The position numbers and the translations under genes were made by a program. This document shows, piece after piece, positions 9,322 to 20,200 of a DNA stretch of 64,000 bases; the first letter of the stretch is position 1, and the number at the start of each line of letters is the position of its first letter. The notes under the pieces are model-generated. The model saw nothing but the letters and a program-made list of their open reading frames with translations. It was not told the origin of the DNA and did not search any database. Source of the DNA: an uncultured delta proteobacterium (GTDB lineage Bacteria; Myxococcota; UBA727; VGSZ01); the NCBI GenBank assembly GCA_963775425.1, contig CAVZJB010000017.1, positions 288,001-352,000 of the forward strand, written 5' to 3'.

Positions 9322-12300
9322 GCATCGCGGACAGCGGCAGGTGCGCCCACGTCGACAGCACGGGCTTGTTCGTGGCCGCCGACAGCGCCCGCGCGTAGGT
9401 GCGGAGCTGGCCGGCGAACGACCTCGAGAGCGTGACCGCGTCCTCGGTGATGTAGGTCTTGTGGTCCACGATGACGAAGCCCTCGTCCGTCTCGAGCACC
9501 AGGTCCATCTGCCCACGCACCACGGTGCCCGCGGGCAAGCGCTGCGTCACGTGCGACTCCCGGCGCACACGCGCGCCCGGCCAGCGCGCGAGCAGCGCGG
9601 CCCAGAGCCTGTCGGCGATGGTGACGACGTCGCCCGGCTGCAACAGCGCGGCGACGTCGTGGCTGTTCAACAGCCGCTCCGCCAGACGGAAGCGATCGTT
9701 GTCGTCGACGCTCTCCGCCGGCGCGAGCGGGGGCGCGCCCGCCGGGGGCACGCGCGGGTCCACGGCGAAGAACGCGTGCACCGCCGTCCCCAGGCGGGCC
9801 ATGGTGTCCTCGTCGGCGAAGTCGGCGATCATGAGCGGCGCCCCCAGCACCACCGGCTCCCCCGCCTCGCCCTCCTCGGCCACCGCCGACGGCGCCACGA
9901 ACGCAGGCGCGTGCTCGGCGGGCGGCAGCGGCGCGTACACCGCGCGCGTCCCCGGCGGCGGCGGCCGCGGCGGCCGCGCGCGCGGCTCGCGCACGCGCAT
10001 GACGACGTCGTGGCCGGCCCAGCGCGCGCGCCCTTCGCCGTCGGGCTCGCCGAGCGGCTGGCTGCCGTCGACGGCGAGGTGGCGCAGCACCGAGCTCTGC
10101 CCGGTCCACAGGTCGGTGCGTCCGCCGGGGCCGTTGTCGGAGACGACGCTCGGGAGGACGAGGCGGTCGCGGGCGCGCGTCCACCCGACGTACAGGAGAC
10201 GAAGCTCCTCGCGTTTTTGCGCGACGTCCATCGCCGCCTGCCACGGGTGTCGCGCGAGCACGTCGACGACGCCGCCCTTGCCGCGCTCCGTCGGCCGGTC
10301 CTGCCGATCACCGTAGGGGTGGGGCCAGTAGCGCACCCAACGGCCGCGCAGCGGATCGTTCACGTCGAGGCCGAGGCCGTCGCTCTCGACGTGCACGCCG
10401 CACACGCTCGGCGGCCAGTGGTGCACGAGCTGCGCGAGCACCACGACGGGCCACTCGCGGCCCTTGGCCTTGTGCCAGGTGGAGACCTCGACGGCGTCCT
10501 GGCCCGACACGTCGCCTTGCTCGTCGTCGGGGCTCTCCTCGCGGGAAGCGTCGTCGGCGAGCTCCTCGAGGCGCGCGAGGAAGCCGACCACGGTGGCGCC
10601 GGCGCCGGTGGCGACGCGCTCTTCGACGAAGCGCACGGCGAGCGCGCGCAGCGCGCCGAGGTTCGCGAGGCGCTGCTCGGCCTCGCCCCACGACGCGCAG
10701 ACGTCGCGCAGGCGCAGCGCCTCGATGACGAGGTCGACGGCGAGGACGACGCCGGCCTGGCGGTTTTCCTTGGCCACCTCCGCCACCGCCGCCACGTACG
10801 GGTCGACGACGAACGCGGCGGCGCCGTCGGGGCGAGGCGCGACGAGCGCGGCGAGCCACGCGTCGGGGTCTCCGGCGCCGCGGGTGAGGCGGGCGAGCTC
10901 GGCGGCGGCGAGGGCGTCGTGGCCGTCGTGAAAGAGCGCGAGGCCGGCGGCGAGGGCGCGCGCCTCGACGGAGGCGGCGAGGCCCCGCCGCCGTAGCACG
11001 GCGTGGATGCCCGCGTCCTGCAAGGCCGTCGCGATGTCGCGCGCCTGGCGGTTGGTGCGCGCGAGGACGGCGATGTGGCGGGCGGCGGCGCTGACGACGG
11101 CGCCGCTGCGCTCGCGCACGGTGACCTCGTCGTCCTCGATGAGCTCGGCGACGCCCGCGGCGATCTCTCGTGCGACGAGCTTGTGGTCGCTGAGCCGCCA
11201 CCGCTCGAGGAACGCGCCGAGGCCGGGCGGCTCCACCTCGAGCTTGGCGGTGATGTGCACCCGATCCGCGGGGACGCCCTGGGCGGCGAACGCCGGCGCG
11301 AACAGTGACGACGTCAAAGACACGAGCGCGGGCCGGCTGCGGTAGCTGACGCTCAAGGGCTCGGAGCTGGTGGCGATGGCGTCGATGACCGCTTCCATGA
11401 GGCGCGGGTCGGCGCCCCGAAAGCCGAAGATGGCCTGCTTCTGGTCGCCGACGAAGACGGTCTTTTCGGCGAGGGCGCTCAGCTCGGTGAGGATGGCGAG
11501 CTGGAGCGGGCTCGTGTCCTGGAACTCGTCGACGAGGACGAGGCCGATCTGCTCCTTGAGCTGCGGGCGGACCGACGGGTTTTGCAGGAGGGAGAGCGCG
11601 AACGCCTCCTGGTCGACGAAGTCGAACACACCCCACGAGCGCTTCTCCGCCTCGTAGCCGTCGCGGGCGCGGGCGGCGATGGCGAAGACGGTGCGCACGG
11701 CGAGCTCGAGGTCGGCACGCAACTGCGGGTGGTCGACGTGCATCTCGCCGAACCTGCGGAGCACCGTCATGTGCGAATCGCCGAACGCCCGCCAGCGCGG
11801 CCACGGGATGCGCTCGCCGCGCTTGAAGGCGCGCTGGACCTCGCGCAGCTCCTGCCGCTCCTGGCGCGCGCTGTCGAGCTTGGGCTCCTCGCCGGCGAGG
11901 ACCTGCTCGATGACGGCGAGGAGCTCTGTCTCGAGCGCGGCGCCGTCGCCGGGCGCGGGGAGGGTGGCGAGGAGCTCGTCGAGGCTGCGGCGCGCGCACT
12001 CGTCGAGGTCGACGGCGGCGCCGTTTTCGCGGGCGCGATCGATGATGACCTTGGCGGTGATGTGCCAGTTGAGGCCGCCGAAGCGGCGGTCGAGCTCCTC
12101 GAGGACGGCGCGCTCGTCCTCGGTGACCTGCTGCTCGAGGGCGTTTTTGAGCGACTGCTCGGCGAGGCGCTCGTCGAGGGTCATCAGCTCCGGGGAGAGC
12201 CCGAGCTCGAACGCGTGCTCGCGGACGATGTGCGCGCACACGGAGTGGATGGTGCCGATGCGGGCGGCGGCGAGGCGGTGCGCGAGCAGGACCTCACCGG

Positions 12301-12484
12301 CGTCGAGGAGCGCGCGGCGCACGCGCGCGGCGAGCTCGGCGGCGGCGGCGCGGGTGAAGGTGACGGCGATGACGCGCTCGGGCGCGATGGGGTCTTGTTC
12401 GCGGAGCAGCTCGCGCTTGAGCTCCTCGGCGAGCCTGTAGGTCTTGCCGGTGCCGGCGCTGGCCGAAATGACCTCGGTCCTCAC
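9305..12484 (-). CDS. AddA/RecB-like UvrD helicase with C-terminal PD-(D/E)XK nuclease
   Basis: GTG 12484 overlaps the upstream stop (GTGA). Motifs ASAGTGKT, VTFTRAAA, VDEFQDTS, VGDQKQAIFGFRGA, SYRS, TWHKAKGREW, LYVGWTRAR and nuclease GQMDLV...IVDHKT. About 1059 aa. Confidence 0.92.
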   Translation of the reverse strand: MRTEVISASAGTGKTYRLAEELKRELLREQDPIAPERVIAVTFTRAAAAELAARVRRALLDAGEVLLAHRLAAARIGTIHSVCAHIVREHAFELGLSPELMTLDERLAEQSLKNALEQQVTEDERAVLEELDRRFGGLNWHITAKVIIDRARENGAAVDLDECARRSLDELLATLPAPGDGAALETELLAVIEQVLAGEEPKLDSARQERQELREVQRAFKRGERIPWPRWRAFGDSHMTVLRRFGEMHVDHPQLRADLELAVRTVFAIAARARDGYEAEKRSWGVFDFVDQEAFALSLLQNPSVRPQLKEQIGLVLVDEFQDTSPLQLAILTELSALAEKTVFVGDQKQAIFGFRGADPRLMEAVIDAIATSSEPLSVSYRSRPALVSLTSSLFAPAFAAQGVPADRVHITAKLEVEPPGLGAFLERWRLSDHKLVAREIAAGVAELIEDDEVTVRERSGAVVSAAARHIAVLARTNRQARDIATALQDAGIHAVLRRRGLAASVEARALAAGLALFHDGHDALAAAELARLTRGAGDPDAWLAALVAPRPDGAAAFVVDPYVAAVAEVAKENRQAGVVLAVDLVIEALRLRDVCASWGEAEQRLANLGALRALAVRFVEERVATGAGATVVGFLARLEELADDASREESPDDEQGDVSGQDAVEVSTWHKAKGREWPVVVLAQLVHHWPPSVCGVHVESDGLGLDVNDPLRGRWVRYWPHPYGDRQDRPTERGKGGVVDVLARHPWQAAMDVAQKREELRLLYVGWTRARDRLVLPSVVSDNGPGGRTDLWTGQSSVLRHLAVDGSQPLGEPDGEGRARWAGHDVVMRVREPRARPPRPPPPGTRAVYAPLPPAEHAPAFVAPSAVAEEGEAGEPVVLGAPLMIADFADEDTMARLGTAVHAFFAVDPRVPPAGAPPLAPAESVDDNDRFRLAERLLNSHDVAALLQPGDVVTIADRLWAALLARWPGARVRRESHVTQRLPAGTVVRGQMDLVLETDEGFVIVDHKTYITEDAVTLSRSFAGQLRTYARALSAATNKPVLSTWAHLPLSAMLIEVR

Positions 12485-15210
12485 CGTGCGCCCCGGGACG
12501 ACGTCGACTGAGGCGCCGACTGGACAGGCGGGGCGGCCGGCGACGACCCCGTCCCCCCCGAGGCCGGCGCGGCGCCCGCCGCCGCGGGCGCGCGGCCGGT
12601 GAGGTTCTCGCCGCCGGGGAGCGCGCGGCCGCACAGGAGGGAGAAGCGACAGTGCCGGCACGGAGGCGCGATCAAGAGGTCGTCGTCGAACGCCTGCGAA
12701 CGAAGCTCGTAGAGCCGCTTGCCGACGCCGGGAGCGTCGCAGCGGCCCGCGGCGATGTCGGCCTCGACGTCGTGCGCCTTCCGCTTGATGCGGTCGGCGG
12801 TCCACGCGACGTCGTGCGAGCCGGGGTCGACGGCCTGCTCGCCGCCGAGCGCCTCGTCCGTGGTCAACAGGCGGCGGCTGCGGATCTGGTAGTAGCCGAC
12901 GCCCGGCCACGGCGACGACGGCTCCCGCAACAACGACGCGTAGACCGCGAGCTGCACCGCCGTCCCCTGCAACAGCTCGCGCAGGCGCCGGCGCTCGCTG
13001 CCGCTCTTGTGATCGACGACGACGAGCGCGTCGCCGCGCTGCACCACAAGATCGAGCCGCCCGAGCATCGCGCGCCCCTCGACGCCCTTCTTGATGTCGA
13101 GCTCCACGTCGCGCACCGTGAAGCCCCGCTCGAGGAGCAGCTCCACGAGGTGCTCCGACGCCCTCGCCACAAGGTCGCGCGCCCGCGTACGCTGCGTGGC
13201 CTCCACGGGCCGCAGCAGCACCGCCGCTCGCCGCGGCACGCGCTCGTCGAAGATCGCGCGCGCGCGCTCCCCGGCCAGCGCCGCCGTCGCCGGCCGCTCC
13301 GCCAGCACCCGCGCCAGCACGTCGTGGGCGAGGTCGCCGAAGAGCTTCCCGCCCGACGGCAGCCGGCGCGCCCGCGCCTTCAGGCCTGCTCGCTCGAGCA
13401 CCGCGCGAAACGAGCAGCCGAGCAGCGACTCCGCCTTCGTGGCCGTCTCCTCGACGGGGCGCTGCACGCTCCCCGCCGGGAAGCGCCACGCCGCCTGCGG
13501 CGTCGCCACGTCGCGGCCCTTGAACCCCTTCTTCGCCATCCCGCGCGGCGCCAACGTCCCCACCTCGAGCGCGCGCACCGCTTCGGCGCCCGCCGCACGC
13601 GCGACGACCTCGTCCCACAACGGGTGCGGATGCCCCGCGTCTCCCTTGCGATCGCGGCGCGGACAGCACAGCACCAACGTCGACGACGCCGACGTCAGCG
13701 GCCGCTGAAACTGCGCCGCGCGCTGCTCCGCCGCCCGCCCCGGCTCCGGCAACGCGACGCCCATCTCGAGGAGCGCCGCCCGCTCCGCGCGCGTCACCGA
13801 CGGCGTCCGCAACGCCGGCTCCGCCGCGGCCGTGAAGCTCCACCACACCACGTGCGCGCACGGGCCGGCGACCGCGCCGGGGTCGCGCACCTGCGCGAGC
13901 CCCGCCGACGCCTTGCGCGCGCGCATCGGGCGCACGCCCGCCGTCGCCTGCTCGACGACGCGCATGAGCTCCGTGCGCGACAACGCCGGCGCTCCGAACG
14001 CGCGCGCGATGCGGCGGATGCTCGCGACCTGCGCGATGGCGCCGAGCACCCTGTCGCCGTCGGCGTCGCTCTCCATGCGGCGCTGCAGCCAACGATTCAC
14101 GAAGGTGAGCCGCTCCTCGAGCACCGCGAGCGGCATCGTCGCCGCGTCCGCCGACGGTGCGGAGAACAGGGCCGCCACGCGCGCGCGCGCCTTCGCCGCC
14201 TCCGCCTGCGGCAACGTCGCCAGACGGCGCTCGAGCGCTTGGCGCCAGGCGTCGCCGTCGACGGCCGGCTCCCTCGCCAGCGCGCGCGCCAGGGAGCCGG
14301 CGATGCGCTTGCGCAGCGGCGACGCCGGCAGCGTGAGCAGCTCGAAGGCGCGCTCCGGGTCGCGCTCGGGCCACGCGAGCGCCACGACGAGCGGCGCCAC
14401 CTGCAGCAGACCGTCGTCCCCGCGCTCGCCGCGGGCGCCCAGCGTCGGGAGGCCGAGCCGCGCGAGCCCCACGTCGAGGAGCGCGTCACCGCCGACGACG
14501 AGCACCGGCTCGCCCTCGGGCAAAGACGCGACATGCGCGGCCACCTCCGCGGCCGCCTCCTCCGGGCAGTCGGCGCGCAGGAGCTGCAGCGAGCCGTCGC
14601 TCTGCGGATGGAAGGGCGCGCGCCGCGCGCGATGGAGATCGAGGGCGCCGCCCGGGCCCTCCTCGAGCGCAGCCGGTGCGATCCGCGTCCCCCGCGCACG
14701 CAGCGCCGCGACCACGCGCCGCCACGCGGGCGAGAGCGCGTCCTCGGGATCGCAGAGCGCGACGTCGTCGATCGCGCAGGCGCGAGCGCCGAGCTCCCGC
14801 ACCACCGCCGCGAGCCGGTCACCCGGACCTGCGACGACGCCGCGGCACACGCCGACGACGTCGCGCAGACGCGGCGGCAGGCGCAACGCGTCGGCGTCGT
14901 CGAGCGCCGGGTCCAGGCCGGCGTCGACGAGCGCGTCGCGCAGCCGCAGCACCGTGCGCGCCACGGCGAGGGGATCCGCGTCGAGCGAACGCGACCACGC
15001 GCCCTCCCGCGTGCGCAGCGCCGGCACGAGCGACGCCGCGCGCTCGGCGCGGGTGACATCGCTGTGCAGCCCGCCGAGGCCGAGCCCGGTCTCGAGGATC
15101 TTCAGGAAGCCGAGCGGGCCGACCCACGCATCGTCGAGCGCGGCCTCGGCGTCCCCGAGGGGACCGGGCCAGGCACCGCTGTCGAAGCTGCTGCCGAAGA
15201 CGACGCGCAC
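12481..15210 (-). CDS. AddB-like inactive-helicase/PD-(D/E)XK nuclease subunit
   Basis: 909 aa; C-terminal GRLDLV...VVDHKSG...QLAVY, with Cys in LLGCSF plus CRHCRFSLLC (Fe-S staple pattern). Translationally coupled to the AddA-like gene. Confidence 0.85.
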   Translation of the reverse strand: MRVVFGSSFDSGAWPGPLGDAEAALDDAWVGPLGFLKILETGLGLGGLHSDVTRAERAASLVPALRTREGAWSRSLDADPLAVARTVLRLRDALVDAGLDPALDDADALRLPPRLRDVVGVCRGVVAGPGDRLAAVVRELGARACAIDDVALCDPEDALSPAWRRVVAALRARGTRIAPAALEEGPGGALDLHRARRAPFHPQSDGSLQLLRADCPEEAAAEVAAHVASLPEGEPVLVVGGDALLDVGLARLGLPTLGARGERGDDGLLQVAPLVVALAWPERDPERAFELLTLPASPLRKRIAGSLARALAREPAVDGDAWRQALERRLATLPQAEAAKARARVAALFSAPSADAATMPLAVLEERLTFVNRWLQRRMESDADGDRVLGAIAQVASIRRIARAFGAPALSRTELMRVVEQATAGVRPMRARKASAGLAQVRDPGAVAGPCAHVVWWSFTAAAEPALRTPSVTRAERAALLEMGVALPEPGRAAEQRAAQFQRPLTSASSTLVLCCPRRDRKGDAGHPHPLWDEVVARAAGAEAVRALEVGTLAPRGMAKKGFKGRDVATPQAAWRFPAGSVQRPVEETATKAESLLGCSFRAVLERAGLKARARRLPSGGKLFGDLAHDVLARVLAERPATAALAGERARAIFDERVPRRAAVLLRPVEATQRTRARDLVARASEHLVELLLERGFTVRDVELDIKKGVEGRAMLGRLDLVVQRGDALVVVDHKSGSERRRLRELLQGTAVQLAVYASLLREPSSPWPGVGYYQIRSRRLLTTDEALGGEQAVDPGSHDVAWTADRIKRKAHDVEADIAAGRCDAPGVGKRLYELRSQAFDDDLLIAPPCRHCRFSLLCGRALPGGENLTGRAPAAAGAAPASGGTGSSPAAPPVQSAPQSTSSRGAR

Positions 15211-15257
15211 CGCGGGAGCCTACCGCGGATCACCACGGGCACGACCGCGCGCCGGGC

Positions 15258-17129
15258 TCACTTGTCGGGGAGGACCCGGTAGACGTTCTCCGCTTCACGA
15301 CGCGTGCGCTCGTACAGCGCGGCCTCGGTGTAGCGCTCGACGACCTTCGCGTCGGGCAGCTTGGAGTAGTCGGGCCGGCCACGCCGGGTCTTGCCGGCGA
15401 GCTCGGCGCGGGCGTCGTCTCGAACGTTGCGCTCTGCCTTGAGCAGGTTCATGTACGCGACGCCGAAGCGCGAGAGGGTCGTCTTGTTCCGGTCCTTGAT
15501 GAGCAACGGGTTCTCGTCGAGGCGGCGATCGATCTCGGCGCGGTGCGCCTTGTACGTGGCGAAGTCTCCGCTCGCCGCCGCGGCGGCCTCGACCGCAGTC
15601 GTGTGATCCGGCTTCTTGTCGTCGACCTTGTCGTCGTTCTTCTTGTCGTCGTCGCCCTTCTTGGCGTCGTCGCCCTTCTTGCCGTCGTCCGCCGCGGCCT
15701 TCTTGTCGTCGTCGCCCTTCTTGGCGTCGTCGCCCTTCTTGTCGTCACCCTTCTTGACGTCGTCCGACGCCGCCTTCTTGTCGTCGTCGCCCTTCTTGTC
15801 GGCGTCGGCATCCTTCTTGTCCGCGTCGTCGCCCGCCTTGGCGTCATCACCCTTCTTGTCGTCGTCGGTGGTGACCGTGGCGGCAGCGCCCGCGCGCACG
15901 GCGTGCACCGCGTCGACGATGCTGTTGACGCAGCGGTAGAGGCCGCCGAGGCCGGCGAGGATGGTGACGACGAGCATGAGCGTCTGCGCCCACTTCGCGC
16001 ACCGCCACGCCTTCACCCACGTCCAGCCGACGAACGGCGACAGCGGCGCCGTCACCGCCATCAACAGTGCAGGGATGATCTGCAGGAAGCCGGCCGCGCC
16101 GAACGACGCGGTGAGCTTGACGATCACGGCGGCGAGCAGCGTGGCGAGCGCGGAGGGGATGGCGGCGAGGAGGACCGCCGTCTCGCCCATGATCACGGCG
16201 TTGGTGCGCGTCTTCTCGTCGGTCTCGCCCTTGAAGATGCGCTCGATGACGAACTTGGTTACCGGGTGCGCGATGAGGCCGGCGACGACGCTGACGGCGA
16301 CGCCGATGGCGAGGGAGACGATGGGAAAGAAGCCGAAGAAGGAGAAGCCGCCGCCCGCGATGAGCGTACCGAGGGCGCCCGCCCACGAGCCGAGCAGCGT
16401 CGTCGCCAACATGGCCGGCAGGATGAAGGCGATGAGCTCGAGCGGCCCCATGGCCTTGAGCTTGGGGTTCTCGACGCCCTTGCGAATGGTGCCGATGGGG
16501 TTGAGCGCCATCAGCGGAACGGCCGCGAGGTAGTAGGCGATGGACTTCGGAAGAGCCGCGATCACCGCGCCGGCGCCGCCGCCGCCGCCCTGCAGCTCGT
16601 CGAGGTACGGGTCGTTGTGCGGCGGCACGCCGCTGTCCATGTCCTGCGGCGCCGACACGGAGCGCGATCGCTGCGAGGGCTCGGGCGGCAGGAGCGGCTC
16701 GGCGTCGGGCACCGGCATCGGCTGGCCCGAGGGCCCGCCGGCGCCGCGGCGCTGCATCTGGGCCGACGACGCCTGCGAGCGGCGTGATCGCGGATCGGAG
16801 GCGTCGCCGTTCTTCATGGCGCCGCGCTGGCCCGACGCACCGTCGACGCTCACGATCTCGAATTGATGCTTGGACAGGGCGAACACGAAGCCCGGCGCGA
16901 GGGGCACGGGCTCCGTGATGCGGCGGTTGTTGACGACGGTGCCGTTGACGCTCTTGAGGTCCTCGAGGAGCCACTGGCCGTCTTTGCAGAAGATGCGCGC
17001 GTGGCGCTTGCTCACGGATTGGTCGGAGACCGTGATGTTGGCCGGGCCGCCCGCGCGACCGAAGATCATCCCTTCGGGAGGGATCGCGAAGACCTCCGCA
17101 GATTGGACGTTCTTGACCTCACACTTCAT
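15258..17129 (-). CDS. FHA-domain multi-pass membrane protein with Lys/Asp repeat region
   Basis: FHA motifs FGR, SVSKRHA and DLKSVNGT; about 5 TM segments; KKGDD repeats. Confidence 0.85.
   Translation of the reverse strand: MKCEVKNVQSAEVFAIPPEGMIFGRAGGPANITVSDQSVSKRHARIFCKDGQWLLEDLKSVNGTVVNNRRITEPVPLAPGFVFALSKHQFEIVSVDGASGQRGAMKNGDASDPRSRRSQASSAQMQRRGAGGPSGQPMPVPDAEPLLPPEPSQRSRSVSAPQDMDSGVPPHNDPYLDELQGGGGGAGAVIAALPKSIAYYLAAVPLMALNPIGTIRKGVENPKLKAMGPLELIAFILPAMLATTLLGSWAGALGTLIAGGGFSFFGFFPIVSLAIGVAVSVVAGLIAHPVTKFVIERIFKGETDEKTRTNAVIMGETAVLLAAIPSALATLLAAVIVKLTASFGAAGFLQIIPALLMAVTAPLSPFVGWTWVKAWRCAKWAQTLMLVVTILAGLGGLYRCVNSIVDAVHAVRAGAAATVTTDDDKKGDDAKAGDDADKKDADADKKGDDDKKAASDDVKKGDDKKGDDAKKGDDDKKAAADDGKKGDDAKKGDDDKKNDDKVDDKKPDHTTAVEAAAAASGDFATYKAHRAEIDRRLDENPLLIKDRNKTTLSRFGVAYMNLLKAERNVRDDARAELAGKTRRGRPDYSKLPDAKVVERYTEAALYERTRREAENVYRVLPDK
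15614..15866 (-). repeat. Degenerate coding repeats (KKGDDD/KKGDDA)
   Basis: Recurring gtcgtcgcccttctt units on the + strand. Confidence 0.85.
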
Positions 17130-17215
17130 GTCGTCTGGGATCCCTCGCCTCGTACGTTAAGTGACGACGACGCTCCCCCGCAATAAAGGCGTCGGCGCGG
17201 ACGGCATACACGCGC

Positions 17216-20200
17216 CTACATCCCCGTGTCCTCGGTGATGCCGAGCTTCATCTCGTCGCTGTTCGCCTTGATCTCCGGCGCATACATCGCGAACCCGGTC
17301 GCCGGCATCGCCGAGAACGCGCCCGGCAGCTCCGCCCGCAGCCGGTAGGAGAGCAAGAGCTTGCCCTGTGTCAGCTCGTTCAAGAAGAACACGACGCGAT
17401 CGTCGCGCAGCTCCATGTGCGCCCACGCCTCGCCGCCGACGGTGCCCGAGCGCAGCGCCACGGCCTCGGCGCCCGCCGGCTTGGGGTCCTCGAAGGCGAG
17501 ATAGGTGTAGTCGTTCTTCGACGTCAGCGTGAGCTCGACGAGGATGAGATCACCGCTGTTGACCTGGGCGCCGGACCTGAGCGGCACCTTCTCGTACGCC
17601 ACCTCGCGCTGCGACAGCGACTGGCCGCGGGCGCCGGCGACGTCGTGGAGGCGATCGTGGCGAACGAGCTTGTAGTACCGGCGGTCGACCTTGACCTCCA
17701 GGCCCGCCGCCTTGATGTCGTCCTCGAGGGTGAAGAACGAGAGATACGCGTTGAAGTAGACGGCCCCCTGCCCCGTGCGGCGCACGGTGATCGTGTGCTT
17801 GCCGCCGCCGATCTCCTTGCCGTGCAGGCGGAGGTCGCCGTCCACCAGGAACATGTTCTTGGCGTCGACGTGCACCTTCTTCTTCACGGCGCCGTCGACG
17901 AGGATCTCGAGGTCGTAGTCCGGGTGGCGCTCACCCGACACCTGCATGTGGTTGGCGAACGCCGCCACCACCTGCGCGGTGTCGCGCGTGGAGTCCCAAT
18001 AGAAGCCGTGCTTCCTGTGGTTCAACAGCCACTTCACCACCTGCGGCGCCGCCGGGTCGCCGGGGCGGATGGCGTCGAGCGCGCGCAGGTACAGCGCGTT
18101 GGTCTCGATGTCGTCGTTGTACCAGTACCACCAGCCGGCCGTGGCGGTCTCGACGTACGCGGTCTCGTCTTCGGGATCCTCTTTGCGGAGCTGATCCACG
18201 TTCTGCAGCAGGAGGCTCGCGTTGCCCTCGTGCTTCAGGTTCTTCTCGGCGAGGGCGAGCAGGAGCTTTCCGTACGGCGTCAGTTGGATGCGCCGCTCGT
18301 ACAGCAGGTTCAGGAGCTCCTCGTGCGTGTCGCCGAAGCGGCTCATGACCCACAGGGCGTAGGCGTCGGCGTCGTTCACCCAGCGCTTGTCCTCGTCCCG
18401 CTTGTAGCGCCAGATCTCGGCCTCCACCTCGCGGCGCAGCGCCGAGCGCCCGCGCGCGAGCATGTCCCCGTCGACGGCGAGGTCGGCGCCCTTGGCGTCG
18501 AGCAGGCCGGCGAGCACCAGCGAGGTCATGTACACGGAGGACTCGTCGTCGGCCCACCAGCCCCAGCCGCCGTCGCCGTGCTGCATCTTGCGGATGCGGG
18601 TCATGCCGCGGTCGATGATGTCCGCGAGGAGCGCGCTGTCGTAGATCGGGTTGCGGTCGAGCTGCCGGTGCTCGCGCTCGTTCCTCTTGCTGTCCGCCGC
18701 GCCGCCTTTGTGTTGCGCGTCGAGGTCGCGGTGCGCCTTGGCGAGACCCTCGAGGGTGACGCCGCCGGACTGCTGGAGCGCCCTTCGCGTCAACACCGCC
18801 GGCACGAAGCGCGACAGCGTCTGCTCCACGCAACCGTACGGGTAGTCGAGCAGATACGGCAGCGCGTCGATCATCCCACCGGCCAACGACGGAGACGTCC
18901 GCACCACCAGCTCGGTCTGGTCCTCGCGCCGCTCCTTCGGCACCTCCACCTCGACGCTCTTGTCCGCCGAAGCGCCGGCGCCGGCCGAGATGGATCCCGT
19001 GCGCGCGACCATCTTCTCCATGCCGTGCACCAGCACGGGGAAGGTGAGCTCCTTGGCGTCGCCGTCGTGGGCGCCCTTGGCGGTGACGCGCACCTTGGCC
19101 TGCCCCTCGCCGCGCACGGAGACGGAGAAGTCCACGCGCACCTCGCCGCCGGCGGGCACGCTCACGTCCCTCTGGCGCGCGCCGGCGACGGACAACAGGT
19201 CGTCGCTCACGTCGAGCGACACCTTCACGCGCTCGGCGGCCGCGCGCTTGTTCTGCACGATGGCCGACAGCGTCACGCGGTCGCGGTCGCGGAAGAAGCG
19301 TGGCGCCGCGAGGCGTACGAGCAGGTCCTTGGTGGTGACGATGGAGGCGTCGCCGCGGCCGACGCGCGCGCCCTGGTCGATGCCCACGGCGCGCACGCTC
19401 CACGTCGTGAGGTTCTCGGGGAACGTCACCGGCACGCGCGCCGTTCCGTCGGCGCCCGTGACGACGCTCGTGAACAGCGCGGTGTCGGCGAACTGGGTGC
19501 GCACATGGGGCGCGGGCCCGCCGGCGGACGCTCCCGTGTCTGCCTCGTCGCGCGCCGCGTGGCCCGACGGCGCCTTCTTCTCGCTTTGGCGATCGTCGGC
19601 GTCCTTCATGTCCGTCGACACCGACGTAGCCGGCGCATCCGCCCGCGCCGCCCCCTCGGCCTCGCCCTCGCGCGCGCGGCGGGTCTCTGCGCTCTTGGCC
19701 CGGCCGCCGCCGCCGAAGCCGACGCCGTTGGCTGCGAGCCCGTCGAGCGCCTCGTCGGCGAGGAGCGCGGTGGCCTCGCCGCCCTCCGCGTGCACGAAGT
19801 CGATCTGCCGCTGGAACCGCCGCTGCGCCCGGCTCTGGAGCTGCCACCGCGCCTGCTGGTCGGGCGCGGTGGCGCCTCCCCACACCGCCTGCGCGCGCCC
19901 GAGGCTGCTCGTGGCCGACGGCTGGTGCCAGCGTTTTCGTCCCCACAGGTGCTTGCGCACGTCGACGGTGGCGTCGGGGGCGATGGCGAGCACCGACGCG
20001 TCGAACACCGTGAGCGCCACCTCCGCGGCCACGGGCTTGCCCTGCCCGTCGGTGGTGGTCACCACGAGCTCGCTCTTGCCGCCGGGCTTCACCACGGCGG
20101 CGGCGGGCTTCACCGAGATGCGCAGGTCGCTCGCCGTGGGCGGCACGAACAGCTCGCGCGCCTCCTCGAACACCTGCGCGCCCGCGACCGTGGTGGCCTC

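Noticed and set aside
12485-14374. N-terminal 630 aa of the 1689-aa ORF, suggesting a giant helicase
   Set aside because: It is an Arg/Ala/Gly-rich off-frame read-through overlapping the AddB-like gene; the real start is GTG 12484, just before Walker A.
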